A stretch of 32,000 nucleotides of DNA from Candidatus Saccharimonadota bacterium (GTDB taxonomy: Bacteria; Patescibacteriota; Gracilibacteria; BD1-5; UBA6164): contig OZ245922.1 of the NCBI GenBank assembly GCA_965229705.1, positions 540,001-572,000 of the forward strand, read 5' to 3'. The position numbers and the translations under genes were made by a program. The notes beneath the pieces are model-generated. The model did no database searches. It worked only from the letters and a program-made list of their open reading frames with translations, and was not told the DNA's origin. Positions 21,011 through 30,095 of the stretch are shown piece after piece. The stretch's first letter is position 1, and each line of letters opens with the position of its first letter.

Positions 21011-21315
21011 TGAACGGGCATTTTAGCGTAACTCCAAATCTTCAAGGAACTTCTGGAAAATGAAGCTGCCATTCGAGTCATAACGACCATGGGAATAATA
21101 ACCATTTTAGTCATGGAAGTACTGGGAATGGAGACAGTCATTCTAGTAATGCCAAAGAAGATAGTGGACCTGATAAGTGAGATAAACATAGTAGTGTTGG
21201 TTCTGAACATACAAGTAGCGGCTTCCCTACACCTAGTCCTCACCAAAATCATAGTAGTAGTAAAAACGAAACTCATTGAAATAGTGAGACTGGACATTCT
21301 TCAAGCAGTGTATAA
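20935..21315 (+). CDS. His/Ser/Gly/Asn-rich open frame (126 codons) with no ATG; the -1 frame relative to 20690..21010
   Basis: Open from 20935 (preceded by TAA 20932-20934) to TAA 21313-21315. ...GHASGVVNGHFSVTPNLQGTSGKGSCHSSHNDHGNNNHFSHGSTGNGDSHSSN...HTSSGFPTPSPHQNHSSSKNETHGNSETGHSSSSV. The only in-frame starts are GTG (20941, 20983, 21010). Confidence 0.5.
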
Positions 21316-21421
21316 CTCAGAAAAGTTTGAATAAATTACTTTTTTCTAAATTCTGTTATTTTTATTTGACATATATAATTTAATATTAATAATGATGAAT
21401 ATATTTTTTAACTCACTACTT

Positions 21422-21925
21422 ATGAAAGGCCTTCTTATATGAGCTTCAGCTCTTGCTCTTACATGATGTTTACAAGATAGATCATGAGATGAACTCGCAA
21501 TTCAACAGTCTCTCCAGCCACCTGTTTGTGAAGGTAACTATAGCCAACTTACATGAGACTTTAGCGTTGCTGAATGAGTACTTGCCTGTCTTGGAGATGG
21601 AAAACTTCCTGAAAAAGTTGCTCAGTGTTGATATGGAAATTATTGGCCAATCATTGCAAATACGAGACGATCCTTAGACGGAGATGCTGATAAAAATATT
21701 ATACAAGCGTTTCAAGATAACAAGAATCCTACTTACAGATCTGGATATACATGAGGTTCTACCTATGGTGTTTTTCAAGAACTTGCGTCTCATACTCTTG
21801 ACGGAACTTTGGGGAGTATTCCAGAAGGTGAGTACTTATATTACTCAGATAACTTCTCCACGTTTGTGAACTGTATCGTTGAAAATCAAAGCGACCAGCC
21901 ACTTCAAACAAATATATGGAAATAA
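21422..21925 (+). CDS. Lipoprotein, hypothetical (167 aa)
   Basis: Every codon checked. MKGLLIGASALALTGC lipobox; an alternative in-frame ATG is at 21392. Nine TGA codons. TAA at 21923-21925. Preferred over the shorter standard-code ORFs 21453..21677 and 21684..21869, which lie in another frame. Confidence 0.7.
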
Positions 21926-21934
21926 ACCTGTAGA

Positions 21935-21967
21935 AAAGAAAGACGCTTCAATGAAGCGTCTTTCTTT
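21935..21967. terminator. Strong bidirectional hairpin terminator
   Basis: AAAGAAAGACGCTTCA / TGAAGCGTCTTTCTTT, a near-perfect 13-16 bp palindrome with A-rich sequence upstream (AGAAAAG, 21932-21938) and a T-rich stretch downstream (TTTCTTTT, 21961-21968). Confidence 0.7.
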
Positions 21968-22041
21968 TAGGAAACTCTGAGAAAGTCCTTTTTTTCTCTC
22001 CTTTTTCAAAGGAGAGATGGCTCGATAGAGATAGAGAGGAT
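21962..22041 (-). repeat. Intergenic repeat, copy A (hairpin core TCTCTCCTTT..AAAGGAGAGA)
   Basis: The reverse complement ATCCTCTCTATCTCTATCGAGCCATCTCTCCTTTGAAAAAGGAGAGAAAAAAAGGACTTTCTCAGAGTTTCCTAAAAGAA aligns at roughly 85% with 29984-30063. Confidence 0.75.
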
Positions 22042-22148
22042 TGGAGATTTTTTTCTCTGGAGTATAGAACCCTCCCCTAGCCCCCTTATCAAGGGAGGGG
22101 AACACAGAACTAGGATAGATGAGGGAGTTTTTGTTTCTCAGGTCTCTC

Positions 22149-22700
22149 TTAAAAATAGCTATAAGGCTCGCTATAATGCTTAAAAAGTTTTTTTGAGCCT
22201 CCTAACATCTGTTGGTGCTTCTCGAGTCAGAGCTTGTTTATCCATTTTTGGATTGCTTCACCATCAGGTCACTCTATCTCCAAAAACTCTGGGATATTCT
22301 CATAACTATCTAGATCAAACTCCATATCTTCCAGACTATAGGATATTCGATACTTTTTCTTTTCTCTTATTTTTGAGAGCCCATATTTTTCGAGTACTTT
22401 GGCAAAGCTCTCTACATTGGTTATAGGTGTTTCATGTTCATCTTTTGCTATGAGTTGCTCCTCTTTCCCTATTGTTTTTCGCTTATTTTTAATAGTGTAT
22501 ATATGTTCTTCTCCTTTTTTTCTGAGACGAAACATGCGACCATTTGCCTGCATTTTGTCTTTTTGTTCTCCTTTTTCAGGAAAATCATAATAAATATCAT
22601 GAATATATCACTCAAAAGTTTTTTTGGCTCAGAGTGAAAGAAGTCTTGCCACTAGCTCTTCCCTATTGATTTCGAGAATCTTTATTTCTTTTTCGAGCAT
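22149..22700 (-). CDS. CYTH-domain protein (CyaB-like class IV adenylate cyclase / triphosphatase fold), 183 aa
   Basis: MLEKEIKILEINREEL (ExExK signature). ...FRLRKKGEEHIYTIKNK...EHETPI...KKYRISYSLEDMEFDLDSYENIPEFLEIEG.... ORF-track ORF 22269..22553 is in frame. TAA at 22149-22151. Confidence 0.75.
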
Positions 22701-22734
22701 AAATATAGGAGGATATATCTTAAATAACAAAAAC

Positions 22735-24894
22735 CTAGAGAGACTCAACCCTCTTCAATCATATTCTCCCCTTTTCAAGATCTACTTGCAAAATCTCAAA
22801 GTCTACCACATCATCAACTTTTACCACATCCTCTACCTTCATTACTCGTTGCTGTGAAAGTTTTGAGATATGTATCATCCCAGAATTTCCTCCTCGAAAT
22901 TCTACAATTGCTCCAACTCCATCAATGATTTTCACCACTCTTCCTGTTCACATATATCATACCTCTGGATTCCAAAGAATCTCCTTTATATCACTGATAG
23001 CCGCTTTCCCTGAAGACTGATCTTTTGCAGTAATCGTTGTCATGCCATCATCATTGATCGATATCACGACACTATGATCTGCTTGGATTTTTTGAATAGT
23101 TTCTCCACCTCGACCGATAACTTCTCTGATTTTTGCTTCGGGTACCTGCATGCTCATAATCAGAGGAGCATATGGAGAGAGTTGCCGAGCAACCTCAGGC
23201 TGCACCTTGAGCATTTCTTCGAGGATATAACCCGTTGCCTGTTTTGCTTGAGAAAAAGCTTCTTCAAACACCTTCATTTTGAGTCACTTGATTTTTACAT
23301 CGAGTTGCATTGCCGTAATCCCTTCAGAGCTTCGTGCAAGTTTAAAATCCATATCTCACAAAAAATCCTCCTGCGCCTGAATATCTGAAAGAATCGTATA
23401 TTCTCCTTGTTCTTCATTATAGATCATACCCATTGCCACCGCTGAAACTGGTCTCTTAATTGGTACTCCGGCATTCATCAAGCTCATAGTCGAGCCACAT
23501 ACCGATGCCATAGAGCTGGAACCATTACAAGTTGTCACTTCACTCACAGTTCGTATCATATATGGAAACTCTTCTTGTGAAGGAAGTACTGCTTCGAGAG
23601 CTCGTTCTGCGAGTCTTCCGTGTCCTATTTCTCGACGCCCAGCTCCTCGCATCATACGAACCTCTCCAACAGAGTATGGAGGAAAGTTATAATGATGAAT
23701 ATATCTCTTATGTGTTTCTTCGAACATTCCGTCAACAATCATCAAATCTTCTGGACCTCATAAAGTACAGATATTGAGTACCTGCGTCATTCCTCTTTGA
23801 AAAAGTGCAGATCAATGTGTTCGTGGTAAGAGTCCTACCTCTCCCCTGATATTTCTCACATCTTGAGGTTTTCTTCCATCGAGCCTTGTTCCTGACTCAA
23901 GAACATTTTTCCGCATGACTTCTTTGACCCTTTTATATACCATTGCTCCTACTGCCGATGTATCATCATCCTCTGCATAATCTCACTGAGCTATCAAGTA
24001 CTCCGTCACCTCAATATCAAAAGCATCAAGCACTTTTTGAAATCATTTCTTACTTTGGTTATATAAACTTGCAAGTTTCTCCTCTGTGAGATAGGATGAA
24101 ACCTTTTCTTGCAGACTCACATCTGGCAGATTATAACTTGGCTGTATTGCATTGATTGCTCCATAAGTTGTTGCAAAATCTTTGAGAAAATCAAGCTGCG
24201 CCTCACAAAGCTCTTGGATCAGTCCATGAGCATAAGTAAGAGCATGGAGCATCTCATCTTCACTCACCTCTTGCGCTCCAGCTTCGACCATTGTGATAGC
24301 ATCTGATGTTCCTGCAACTACAAGATGGAGACGAGCATCTGATTCTTCAGTGAAGTTTGGATCAAAGATATATTGCCCCTCTGAGTTTACAGCAATCTTG
24401 ACTCATGCAACTGGTCACTCAAAAGGTGCCCCAGCTATCAAGAGTGCGAGAGAAGCGCTGGTAATTCCCCATGAACCTTGTTCAGAGACTCCATCACTTG
24501 AGAGAACCGTCGCGATAATCTGTGTATCATTAATCATTCCTTTAGGAAACATCGGTCGAATCGGTCTATCTATCATGCGTGATGTCAGAGTCGCTCCATC
24601 ACTTGGTCTGGTTTCTCGCTTCATAAACCTATTCCCTCCTATCTTTCCTGTAGCATAGTATTTTTCTTGATAATCCACAACGAGTGGGAAAAAATCTGCT
24701 TTTTCGTTGAGTCATACTTCTTTGATACCTGCTGTTGTGAGAAGTATATTTCAGAGCTCGTCACTCATAGTGACTGATCCATTGGCGAGGAGTCAAAGTT
24801 TGCCTGTCTCAAAAGACAACTTCTTCCCAGCAATAGTATAAGTCTTTTTTAGTGGCTGCATGCTTGCAGCATTTGTATCTGTTAGTCCTTGCAT
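22735..24894 (-). CDS. pnp: Polyribonucleotide nucleotidyltransferase (PNPase), 719 aa
   Basis: Four ORF-track fragments lie in one frame. ...[25 protein letters not shown].... ...[10 protein letters not shown]...[15 protein letters not shown].... ...EDFL[TGA]DMDFK.... KH domain ...[16 protein letters not shown].... S1 domain ...[16 protein letters not shown].... TAG at 22735-22737. An alternative in-frame start at 24861 gives a more canonical N-terminus. Confidence 0.95.
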
Positions 24895-25120
24895 ATACAA
24901 AAATAAATATATAAAAATGATTTTTTGAAGATATTTATGAAAACATATGCAAAACCCTTATGACATGTATCTCATAAGAATCTCAAAATAAGCCTTCGAA
25001 ATATCTCAAAAAAATCGTGAAAAGTATATCAAAAAAAGAAAAAAGGAGAAATTTTTGTACAAGCTTGAAAACAATAATGAGTTTTGATAATAAAATATGA
25101 AGTTTCTCTATATTTTGTTC

Positions 25121-25696
25121 TTACTCGTCATCATCAAAATCATACACCACATCGCTTGATCATTCATGCACAGGTTTTGGATCTGTTTCTCAGGCAGCGT
25201 TAATAAGTCAGAGTGGTTCAGGAGGTGAGAGACTCGTATCTGGAGTATAACTTCATACAACCTTCGCTATAGCCTCTCCTTGTATATTCTCAATACTTCC
25301 AGCTAACTGATATCTAATCTCTCACGAAAGCCCCGTCACTCATAATCTTGGATACTCATTTGTAAGTGGATCCATATAATCTGGTCACAAAAGCTGGAGT
25401 CAGACAAAATCTATATCTCATGCCCGATAATGAGACTTAGCTGGCTGTCATCAAAAATACGCTCATGGAACTTCCTGACCCGACACGACATACTGCGAGA
25501 TATTTTCTCATGATGCTATTTTTAAAGTAATCACTTTATTAATAGATTGCAGGTTAGAAATGCGAGTTGAGTTACGAGCCTCGACAGTGTAGTTTGAAAA
25601 ACTGATAAATCCTAATACAGATAATACTGATATAATCAGGATCATCACTAACATTTCTACAAGCGTAAATCCATGACTATAATAAAAATGCTTCAT
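25121..25696 (-). CDS. Type IV pilin-like protein (prepilin N-terminal cleavage/methylation motif), 191 aa
   Basis: MKHFYYSHG|FTLVEMLVMILIISVLSVLGFISF. Every codon from 25510 to the TAA at 25121-25123 was translated. Confidence 0.8.
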
Positions 25697-25786
25697 AGAA
25701 ATAGAAATATATAAAAATATAATATTATTTTAATAATAATAAAAATTTTTATTTTTTGAAGAAAAATGTGAAAAAAAATATTTTTT

Positions 25787-26353
25787 CTAAAAATCATACA
25801 CCACATCACTCGATCATTCATACACAGGTTTTGCTTCAGTTTCTCATGCAGCATTGATAAGTCAGAGTGGTTCAGCAGAAGAAAGACTTGTATCTGGATC
25901 ATAGTTTCACAGTATCGTAGTATAGGCTGATCCATCTGCAGCTTCAAGACTCATGGCAAACTCATACTGCTCTTTTCATGCTGTTCATAAAACCCCTAGT
26001 CTTGGATATTCTTCTCGTTTTGGATCTTCAAACTGCTCTATATCAGCAACACCTATAGCTCGAAAATCTATTCCTCCTGCCTTGTAATCCGTTCCCGCAG
26101 GCTGTCATCAAAAATACGCTCATGGAACCTCTTGACCAGGAACAACATACTGCAAAAGATCCTCTCCAGCAGACATTTTAACACTCACGAGTTTTTGAAG
26201 AGATGTGAGAATCGTTACTCTCGAAGTATTACGAGCATCAAGCGCATATCATCTATACGCAATAAAACCAATCAGTCACAATATCGCTATGAGTGTCAAA
26301 ATGATGACAACTTCAGAAACATGAAAGCCGCTTAGTCTGTTTTTGTTTCTCAT
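25787..26353 (-). CDS. Type IV pilin-like protein, paralogue of 25121..25696 (188 aa)
   Basis: MRNKNRLSG|FHVSEVVIILTLIAILGLIGFIAY. Shares ...QYVV.GQEVPGAYFGGQPA...EYPRLGV...DTSLS..EPLGLINAAGET..KPV.EGSSDVVYDF with the downstream copy. TAG at 25787-25789. Confidence 0.8.
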
Positions 26354-26363
26354 AAAATATATA

Positions 26364-27455
26364 TTATTTTTTTAAAAGTTTTTTCATGGCTCATAAGCCT
26401 ATTTTTGTCTTTTTTCTTTTTTCTGGTTGAAACTTGATAATTCATTTCTCTGACAAAAATATAGCAATAGGTCGAGTAGCATCTATGTGAGCGAGCGTAA
26501 TATTAACCATTACCATTATCGGAACTGATAAAAGCATCCCTATAGGTCACCATACCATTCACCAAAAAATAAGAGAGAATAAAATCACTAAAGGAGAAAG
26601 ATTGAGCTTATTTCACATAAGTCGAGGTTCTATAAAACTTCATATAAAGAGCTGTGATGCCGTCATCAAAAATAAAAATACGCTTGTCAGTGCAAGCGAC
26701 TCAAACTGAACAAGAGAAAATAATACCGGAAAAGTAACGGCAATAATCGAACCAATATTTGGGATATAGTTGAGTAAGAAGATCAAAAAAGCCCAAAATA
26801 TAAAAAAATCTAATCCAAAAAAGAACATAATCAGAGCACTCAAAAGCGCGATACATATACTCGTAATCGTCTTAATCATAAAGTAGGATTTCATATCTTC
26901 TTGTATTTGCTTTACTGCATCAAAAAATCGAGATTTTTCTCAGCCAGTAATGAGACCAATCTTTTTTTCAAACACCTTACTTTCAAGCAAGATAAATATT
27001 GTAAACATCAGTATGAGACCGGCATTTTTTACAATACTTGTGGCAATACTTGCAAGACCCGTAAGAACCGCTGAAAAATCTATGCTTTGAAATCCATTTT
27101 CGAGCATCTTTCAGGCATTGAGATCATATTTTTCTGAATATCGAGTAAACATACCCAAAAGTTTTTGTTCATATTCTGGTGCTTGAGAGATAATTCATCC
27201 AATATTTGTATTGATAATCTGCGCAACAGCATAAAAAATACTTCCTAAAAGTATCAGTGTAAAAATAAATGAAAGAGGTTTTGGGATACCTCGTTTTTGA
27301 AATGCGCTGGAAACAGAAATAATGATAAATGACAAAAACACCGCTAAAACAAAAGGGATGAGGAGTGATGATCCGATATAAAGGACATATATCAAAAATC
27401 ACAGTGTCAGAATCGTAATATTTATGAGTATCAGTGTATGCGCTTTATGAAACAT
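26364..27455 (-). CDS. AI-2E family transporter (PerM/UPF0118), 363 aa
   Basis: ...FLIFLLNYIPNIGSIIAVTFPVLFSL...[43 protein letters not shown].... ORF-track fragments 27395 and 26894 are in frame. TAA at 26364-26366. Confidence 0.88.
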
Positions 27456-27478
27456 AATATACCTACTTTATAAAATAC

Positions 27479-29299
27479 TTACTCTACCTGCCAGTAGTTT
27501 CCTCGAGAATACAACTGTGAACCATCTGGAGAGGTAATAGCTGGAAAAATAACATCGCAAGATCTCATACTTGCATAAAAATCAACACTCTGATCGCATG
27601 GACAGCTATCACATACTGCTCCTCAGAGAATACTCGCACTTTGGTTATTATGCAAACAATTTTGAGAACGAAATGTTATTGGCTGACAGACTCAATCTTG
27701 AGAACAACTTGTCTCGTCACTTGACGAGCATATATAGCCCTCAGGACATGAACAGTTTGGTCAGCACGAACTTTCATATACAGGACAGCCACTATTGTTC
27801 AGCGTTCAAAATACTCAAGGACAACGATCATCACAGTCATTTATCCCATCACTATCAGAGTCTCATCCACAAACATCTCAATCGTATACTTCTATTACGG
27901 CAGTTGATGATGAAGTTTTTCCATCCCTATCTCTTACCTGTAAGAGAACTCTGTATATGCCCTCATTTCTATAGAGATACGATACTTTTGATCATATAGC
28001 TTGTGCTCCCTGTCAAAAGTTCCATTCATACTCATATGGAGCTTGTCATCATTTCACTCTAGGAGTAAACTCAACAAAAAGAGACTCATATCATGCTATA
28101 GGGCTCGCATTTACCGAGACGCTCAATCAGCTTTCTCCCACATCTCGAGTAACTACCGTACTATACACCTCACTACTATTCCCACATATATCAACAACTC
28201 TACTATACACCCTCCATGTTCCTTCTCATGGAAATATAAAGTTATCGAGATATGGTGTATAACGAAAGATTTGCTGTCCTGTATCTGTATTGTGAAAGCG
28301 CCATATATATCATACTTTTTTATCAATACCCAACTCACATGTTGTTTCTCCATCAGCAACAAAGTCATAGATATTACCTGCATCATCCAGAGAAGAGAGA
28401 CGACAGTTTATGCCATCTGATATTTTACATTGCTTATCTTGTATACGAATCTGCAATGCTAAAGCTTCATCAGTTACTTCTTTACAGTTATTTGATTTGA
28501 GAGCGATATATGCCATACGAAGAAAATCTTCTTTACTGACGAATGACTGCGCGTTGATATTTCCTCAGCTATCAGGTCCTAGGAGTTTGAGTATTTTTTT
28601 ATTTCCAGAGCTATCATACTCGTAGATTTCGTATTCGAGAGCTTTTCGCAGGTAGCCGTAAAATGTATAAGGATTTCACTGCATATCTGTTGGGGAAACA
28701 TCATTTCAGAGTTTTTCTGTGATACGACCAGCAGAGATATCGCGTATTACTTCTTGGTTTTGTTCTATTGTAAAAATTCATGAGTTTCGTAAAAGGACCG
28801 CAACTGCCTCTTCTAGCTTAATAGTATTTTCAGGGCAAAAGGGTCTTTCTAGAGGATTTGATTGACCATTTTGACAACTCTCTCCTATACCATACCCTCG
28901 CACAGCATTATTTGTATCTGCCTCTGCAATACAGTAAAAATAAGGATTTTCTGGTGTTACATCAAAGTATATTTCTCTCTGAGTATACTTCTCTATATAA
29001 GAAAAATCTGTATGAGGCAACATGCATCTCTCGCACACAACCTCCATAGATATTCCTACAAACTCGTCTCTCTGTAGGGGTTTGTCTGCTCAAAATAGAT
29101 TATCTTCTCCAGGAATAATCATTCCTCTATCATAGAGTGTTTGCAACTCATCTCTATACTGATAGTCTTCGTCTATATCAGAAAAAATATCCTCTACAAG
29201 ACTCCTCTCAGCAAATACTGAGGGAAGAGAGAAAAAGAGTATGATACTACAAATACTTATCTTGAGGAACATCTGAGAAATAAAAAAAGATATTTTCAT
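27479..29299 (-). CDS. Large secreted surface protein: SLH-like N-terminal module, PKD-like domain(s), thrombospondin-type-3-like Asp repeat, Cys-rich C-terminus (about 606 aa)
   Basis: Codon-by-codon translation from 28777 to TAA at 27479-27481. Signal MKISFFISQMFLKISICSIILFFSLPSVFA; the ORF is open upstream to ATG 29338. SLH-like: FSDIDEDYQYRDELQTLYDRGMIIPGEDNLFGADKPLQRDEF. PKD: ...LSVSVNASPIAGYESLFVEFTPRVKGGQAPYEYEWNFGQGAQ...YRNEGIYRVLLQVRDRDGKTSSSTAVIEV. Also GGDSDSDGINDCDDRCP. About 20 Cys in the last 130 aa. Confidence 0.8.
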
Positions 29300-29394
29300 A
29301 GAGTGTTGATAAAATATATTGGAAGTTTTGAGAAACAAAAAATCTCAATCCAATCTGACTCTACCGAGCCATCAGTAACTTTTTCAGAGCTTCC

Positions 29395-29850
29395 TTACAC
29401 CATAGCATACATCACAACTCCTGCTGCAACAGAAACATTCAAAGACTCCTTATATCATAACATCGGTATCATAAAGGTCTTATCAGAAATATCCAATACT
29501 TCTGCCGAGATTCACTGGACTTCGTTTCCGAAAATAAGGGCAATATCTTTTTGTGTTTCATACGCCAGTTGTTTGTAATCGAGAGCGTCTTTTGTGAGTT
29601 CGATACTGTATATCTGTATATTTTGATTTTTGAGTGTATGTACAAGCTCCTTAGCGTTTTTATAATACTCCCAGTTAATCCTCTTTTCTGCACCAAGAGC
29701 TGTTTTGGAGATTTCTCTGCGAGGAGGACAAGGAGTATAACCACAAAGAAATATTTTTTCAAACCCTGCTCCATCAGCATTTCGAAAAATAGCTCCAACA
29801 TTTTGTAGTGAACGAATGTTTTCGAGTATGATATACTTTTTTACTTTCAT
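29395..29850 (-). CDS. SpoU/TrmH-family RNA 2'-O-methyltransferase (151 aa)
   Basis: ...ILENIRSLQNVGAIFRNADGAGF...IALIFGNEVQ[TGA]ISAEVLDISDKTFMIPMLGYKESLNVSVAAGVVMY.... TAA at 29395-29397. Confidence 0.85.
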
Positions 29851-29922
29851 GCTCTATGAAATACTTTTATTTCCTCTTGAGTCAAGTAAAAATCCTCTTT
29901 GTTATTGTATTTTCCTCAAAAA

Positions 29923-29950
29923 GAAGTATTTTCAGGTTTGAAAATACTTC
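29923..29950 (+). promoter_or_regulatory. Conserved 10-bp-stem inverted repeat in the leader of pilin::FISUMP copy 1
   Basis: GAAGTATTTT (29923-29932) pairs with AAAATACTTC (29941-29950). The same arms recur upstream of copy 2 with a different loop. Confidence 0.45.
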
Positions 29951-29983
29951 CTCAAGCACGCTCTGAAAGGCAAAATTTTTCTC

Positions 29984-30063
29984 ATCCTCTCTGGCTCTCG
30001 CGAGCCATCTCTCCTTTGGAAAAGGAGAGAAAAAAAGGAGTTTTTCAGAGATTCCTTAAAGAA
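29984..30063 (+). repeat. Intergenic repeat, copy B, inserted in the leader of pilin::FISUMP copy 1
   Basis: ATCCTCTCTGGCTCTCGCGAGCCATCTCTCCTTTGGAAAAGGAGAGAAAAAAAGGAGTTTTTCAGAGATTCCTTAAAGAA. Lies in inverted orientation relative to copy A (21962-22041). Absent from the homologous leader of copy 2. Confidence 0.75.
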
Positions 30064-30095
30064 TATAATTTTTATCTTTATAAACACTTTGTAGT

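Noticed and set aside
20905-21297. Minus-strand ORF 20905..21297 (130 aa).
   Set aside because: It is antisense to the His-rich frame. Its Met/Thr/Ser-rich composition mirrors the complement of CAT/AGT repeats.
21453-21869. Plus-strand ORFs 21453..21677 and 21684..21869.
   Set aside because: A different frame gives a single 167-aa table-25 ORF with a canonical lipoprotein signal (21422..21925). The track ORFs end at a real TAG and have no signal or homology.
21845-22105. ORFs 21845..22105 (-) and 29899..30114 (+), which share the peptide RAISPL(K/E)KERKKG and could be taken for a small conserved protein.
   Set aside because: The similarity is at the DNA level. It includes a perfect hairpin and an A7 run and extends outside any plausible start or stop. 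I interpret them as copies of a non-coding repeat.
24293-24658. Plus-strand ORF 24293..24658 (121 aa).
   Set aside because: It is antisense to pnp, whose minus-strand frame carries the conserved PNPase motifs.
28241-28264. An apparent in-frame TAA and frame break inside the SLH/PKD gene on first pass.
   Set aside because: I had mis-indexed one line by one base. Re-derivation, cross-checked against the plus-strand ORF-track start at 28252, shows a continuous frame from 29338 to 27479.
27571-28420. Plus-strand ORFs 27571..27999 (142 aa) and 28001..28420 (139 aa).
   Set aside because: They are antisense shadows of the SLH/PKD surface-protein gene, whose minus-strand frame is continuous and domain-bearing.
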